A stretch of DNA of 63,255 nucleotides, counting the filler, from Pirum gemmata (lineage: Eukaryota), in NCBI GenBank assembly GCA_002812295.1. It is 27 parts of 27 records of this genome, joined end to end, with 100 filler letters (N's around TTAATTAATTAA, not from the genome) between each part and the next. Parts side by side here need not be neighbours in the genome. Positions count along the whole stretch, not along the records: positions 59,114 to 61,131 come from PDIN01009075.1; positions 61,232 to 63,255 come from PDIN01009077.1; 25 more parts are not named here. One strand, given 5' to 3'. Position numbers and translations under genes: made by a program. Positions 60,241 to 63,255 of this stretch are shown piece after piece. How positions within the stretch are numbered: the stretch's first letter is position 1; every line of letters begins with the position of its first letter. The notes under the pieces are model-generated. The model searched no databases, had not been told where the DNA came from, and worked only from the letters and a program-made list of their open reading frames with translations.

Positions 60241-61100
60241 CTATATTATATATCATATAGTTATTATAACTTATATACCAGTATAGACTTATAGCTTGTA
60301 TACCAAACCTAATAATGCTTTTCAAAATTTAGTAATTATAATTTTTAATTTAATCAATCAATATTACTTAGGTACAAAGAATAGATTTAGAAAGAGTAGA
60401 GAATTGCAATAATTTAGCTAGAATAGTTTAGCAATTAGGTATGATAGAATAGTTCAGTGTCCGTGAATAATTTACTAATATATATTCTATCTTGTTGGTG
60501 GATATAATAATATATCATATAATAATATCGATAATGATATTATAATATATATAATTTAATATGATATATAATTTACCAATATTATATGTCTCATATAACC
60601 TCATAGATTTTTTTTGTTTATTTTTTTGTTTTTGCTGATATTTCAATATAATATAATATATGATAATTATGTATCTGATATTAATATAATATATATAACA
60701 TAATTATATACATCAATAAACTAGTGTATATATAAATATGGAACCAGATGTGTCTTTCGGACCTTTTGTACATTTATAAATAATATAATTAATTATATCG
60801 ATATACATTGTACACAGTTTTCAGGAAAATACTGGAAAATCCAAAATCACAAATACGCCACACTAGTAGATGGTGTATTATTATGAAAAGTACAACAAGC
60901 TAAAACAAAATGAAAATCAAATCATTAACATAATTATTATACCAAAGTAGACTAGACCATTATGAAACAAATCAACAAACTACAACTTTAATTTTTTTTT
61001 AATAATTAAAAAAACTAAATTTTAAAAAACTGTAACCTACTGCTCCTCCTTTTTTATTTTATTATATGATAATTATCTTAAAGGGAAACAGGAACCTTTT

Positions 61101-61131
<31 letters not shown>

Positions 61132-62313
61132 NNNNNNNNNNNNNNNNNNNNNNNNNNNNNNNNNNNNNNNNNNNNTTAATTAATTAANNNNNNNNNNNNN
61201 NNNNNNNNNNNNNNNNNNNNNNNNNNNNNNNATAATAATAATAATAATAATAATAATAGTAATAATAATAATAGGCCCAGTATCGATAACGATAACGATA
61301 ACGAAAAAAATAACACTGATAAACACAATAGTAGGGCAATTAGCCCAGACACTAGCGGTTACAGTGATAGTGATAGTGATAGCGATGGTGATGGTGATGG
61401 TGATGGTGATATATAGTGATAATGATAGTGATAGTGATAGTTTTGATCGATGGTGCTGATGAAACTGAAAAAGATAATTTTGATTGCACTAATCGAACTG
61501 AAAAGCAGTATGAAAATAAAAAAGAGAATGGATTGACTGAAGACACTTTTTTATAGTTGATGGTGATTGATGTTGGTGGTGGTGGTGGTGGACTGGTGGT
61601 GGTGGTGGTGGTATGATACCGATAATAAAAATCAGGATGAATATATGTTTTTTTTTCCTACAAAAATTGGCTGGCTAATTTGGTAGTATTTAAATTTGGG
61701 AGTCAAAAGAATCATAGAGTCATAACACTATGATGTTAAACAGTGTCATATTAATAAGACTCATAACGATGACACAACCACCAATACACCTATTAAAGGT
61801 GGCTGTGATTTATTGATTTATTTATAAATTATTATTTTATAAATTTATTTATAAATTATATTTATTATATTTGTGCTATAGGATAAATAGGTGCTATAGG
61901 TGCTATAAGATGCTAGTAGGATGCCATATAGGGACTATAGGTTATAGCATCATGTATTTTGATTGGTGAAAAGTGGTGTCCGCAGCCCGGAAAGGCAATC
62001 ATGGTGAATCACCCAAATTTTTCCAATAGGCTTCTCCCAATTCTGCTCTGTTTAAAAATCGAGATTTCGAGTCTATATATTAATTAATAAGTTCGAAATG
62101 CTCAAGCTTACAATTAAGTATTGAAGTATATTTATTTANNNNNNNNNNNNNNNNNNNNNNNNNNNNNNNNNNNNNNNNNNNNNNNNNNNNNNNNNNNNNN
62201 NNNNNNNNNNNNNNNNNNNNNNNNNNNNNNNNNNNNNNNNNNNNNNNNNNNNNNNNNNNNNNNNNNNNNNNNNNNNNNNNNNNTACTATTTATTATTTAT
62301 TTTTTTTTTCTCT

Positions 62314-62362
<49 letters not shown>

Positions 62363-63015
62363 GGTTAGGGTTAGGGTTAGGGTTAGGGGTTTATTATCTA
62401 TATTCATATAATGTTATATTTATTTATACGGATCGAATCGAATCCTCTTGTAAAAGTAGTTTAGAGAACTTTTAGAGAGATGAATAGAGCATTTTAGAGT
62501 TCAAAAGTTATTCATCATTGTTTTATGTTCGAAACTTGTAGAATCCACTTCGAGTAGCGTTCCTATGGGCTATTTTTGCACCTATTTTTTTTTTAGACAG
62601 TTTTGAATGTAGGTAGGCATTTGAAAGGACTTCAAAAAAGTCAATTTATTTAAAAAAAAAAAAAAAAATTAAGCGAAAAGTGCGGCGCATTTGTAAAGTG
62701 GTAACCTTTTTCTTGCTTTCATATGCATAGATTTTTTGAACAAGAGAAAAAAAAAAACTTTTGGGCTCCTGATAAATTATGATAAATATGATAGGAGATC
62801 ATCTTTTTCCCATAATAATGAGCTGACAAATATATATCGTAGAAAAACAAAAAACAACAGGAAAAACAAAACTACAAAAAATTAAGTTGTCTGAACAAAA
62901 AAAAGAGATATATAATATTAACAAGTCTGACTAAAGTAATAAAAATAATTTTTGTTTTATTATCTGTCAAAAAAGAAGTAATCACTAACCACCACCACCA
63001 CCACCACCACAGTAC

Positions 63016-63166
63016 CTCCACAAATTAATTGTACACAACAATTAACAACAGAGTAACAACAACATATATGTGTAAACGATAGTAACCCAAAAAGACTCCA
63101 AAAGAATAAAAAATAACCGCAAAATCTGATTGATACTGCAACAACACCGCAAGTAATAATACTAAC
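63016..63166 (-). CDS. Possible internal exon, hydrophobic and Cys-rich
   Basis: ttttag acceptor after a microsatellite; open frame SIITCGVVAVSIRFCGYFLFFWSLFG..; gtactg donor. Confidence 0.3.
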
Positions 63167-63169
63167 TAA

Positions 63170-63211
<42 letters not shown>

Positions 63212-63255
63212 CAATAGTAAGAATTTACATCAATAAACAAAAAGCAGAATAATAA

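Overview
This is not a continuous locus. It consists of 27 short (about 2-4 kb) eukaryotic contigs or scaffolds joined by 26 artificial 100-bp spacers (N-run, TTAATTAATTAA, N-run), so adjacency across a spacer means nothing. The DNA is very AT-rich, has GT-AG introns and is full of microsatellites and interstitial (TTAGGG)n. A MYO1E/F-type myosin suggests a unicellular holozoan or other opisthokont (inference only). Recognisable spliced gene fragments are a STE20-like pseudokinase (HRN/NFG), PIG-A, myosin I, a Trf4/TENT4-like polymerase and a secreted M6 (immune inhibitor A-like) metalloprotease. Also present are an apparently intact PIF/Harbinger-ISL2EU transposase with a convergent partner ORF, an LRR pseudogene, a decayed rDNA copy, L1/Tx1-like remnants, a possible tRNA-derived SINE and a virus-like intronless contig. 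Several MITE families occur, some with visible target-site duplications (TA, TAA, 4-bp, 8-bp). The two most striking signals are: (1) tracts built from nested TA-xxx-TA insertions that look like accumulated transposon excision footprints, visible by comparing paralogous repeat copies; (2) telomeric repeats inside introns and joined in register to a broken MITE. Most ORFs in the supplied track are microsatellite artefacts. All calls were made by eye, with no database searches.
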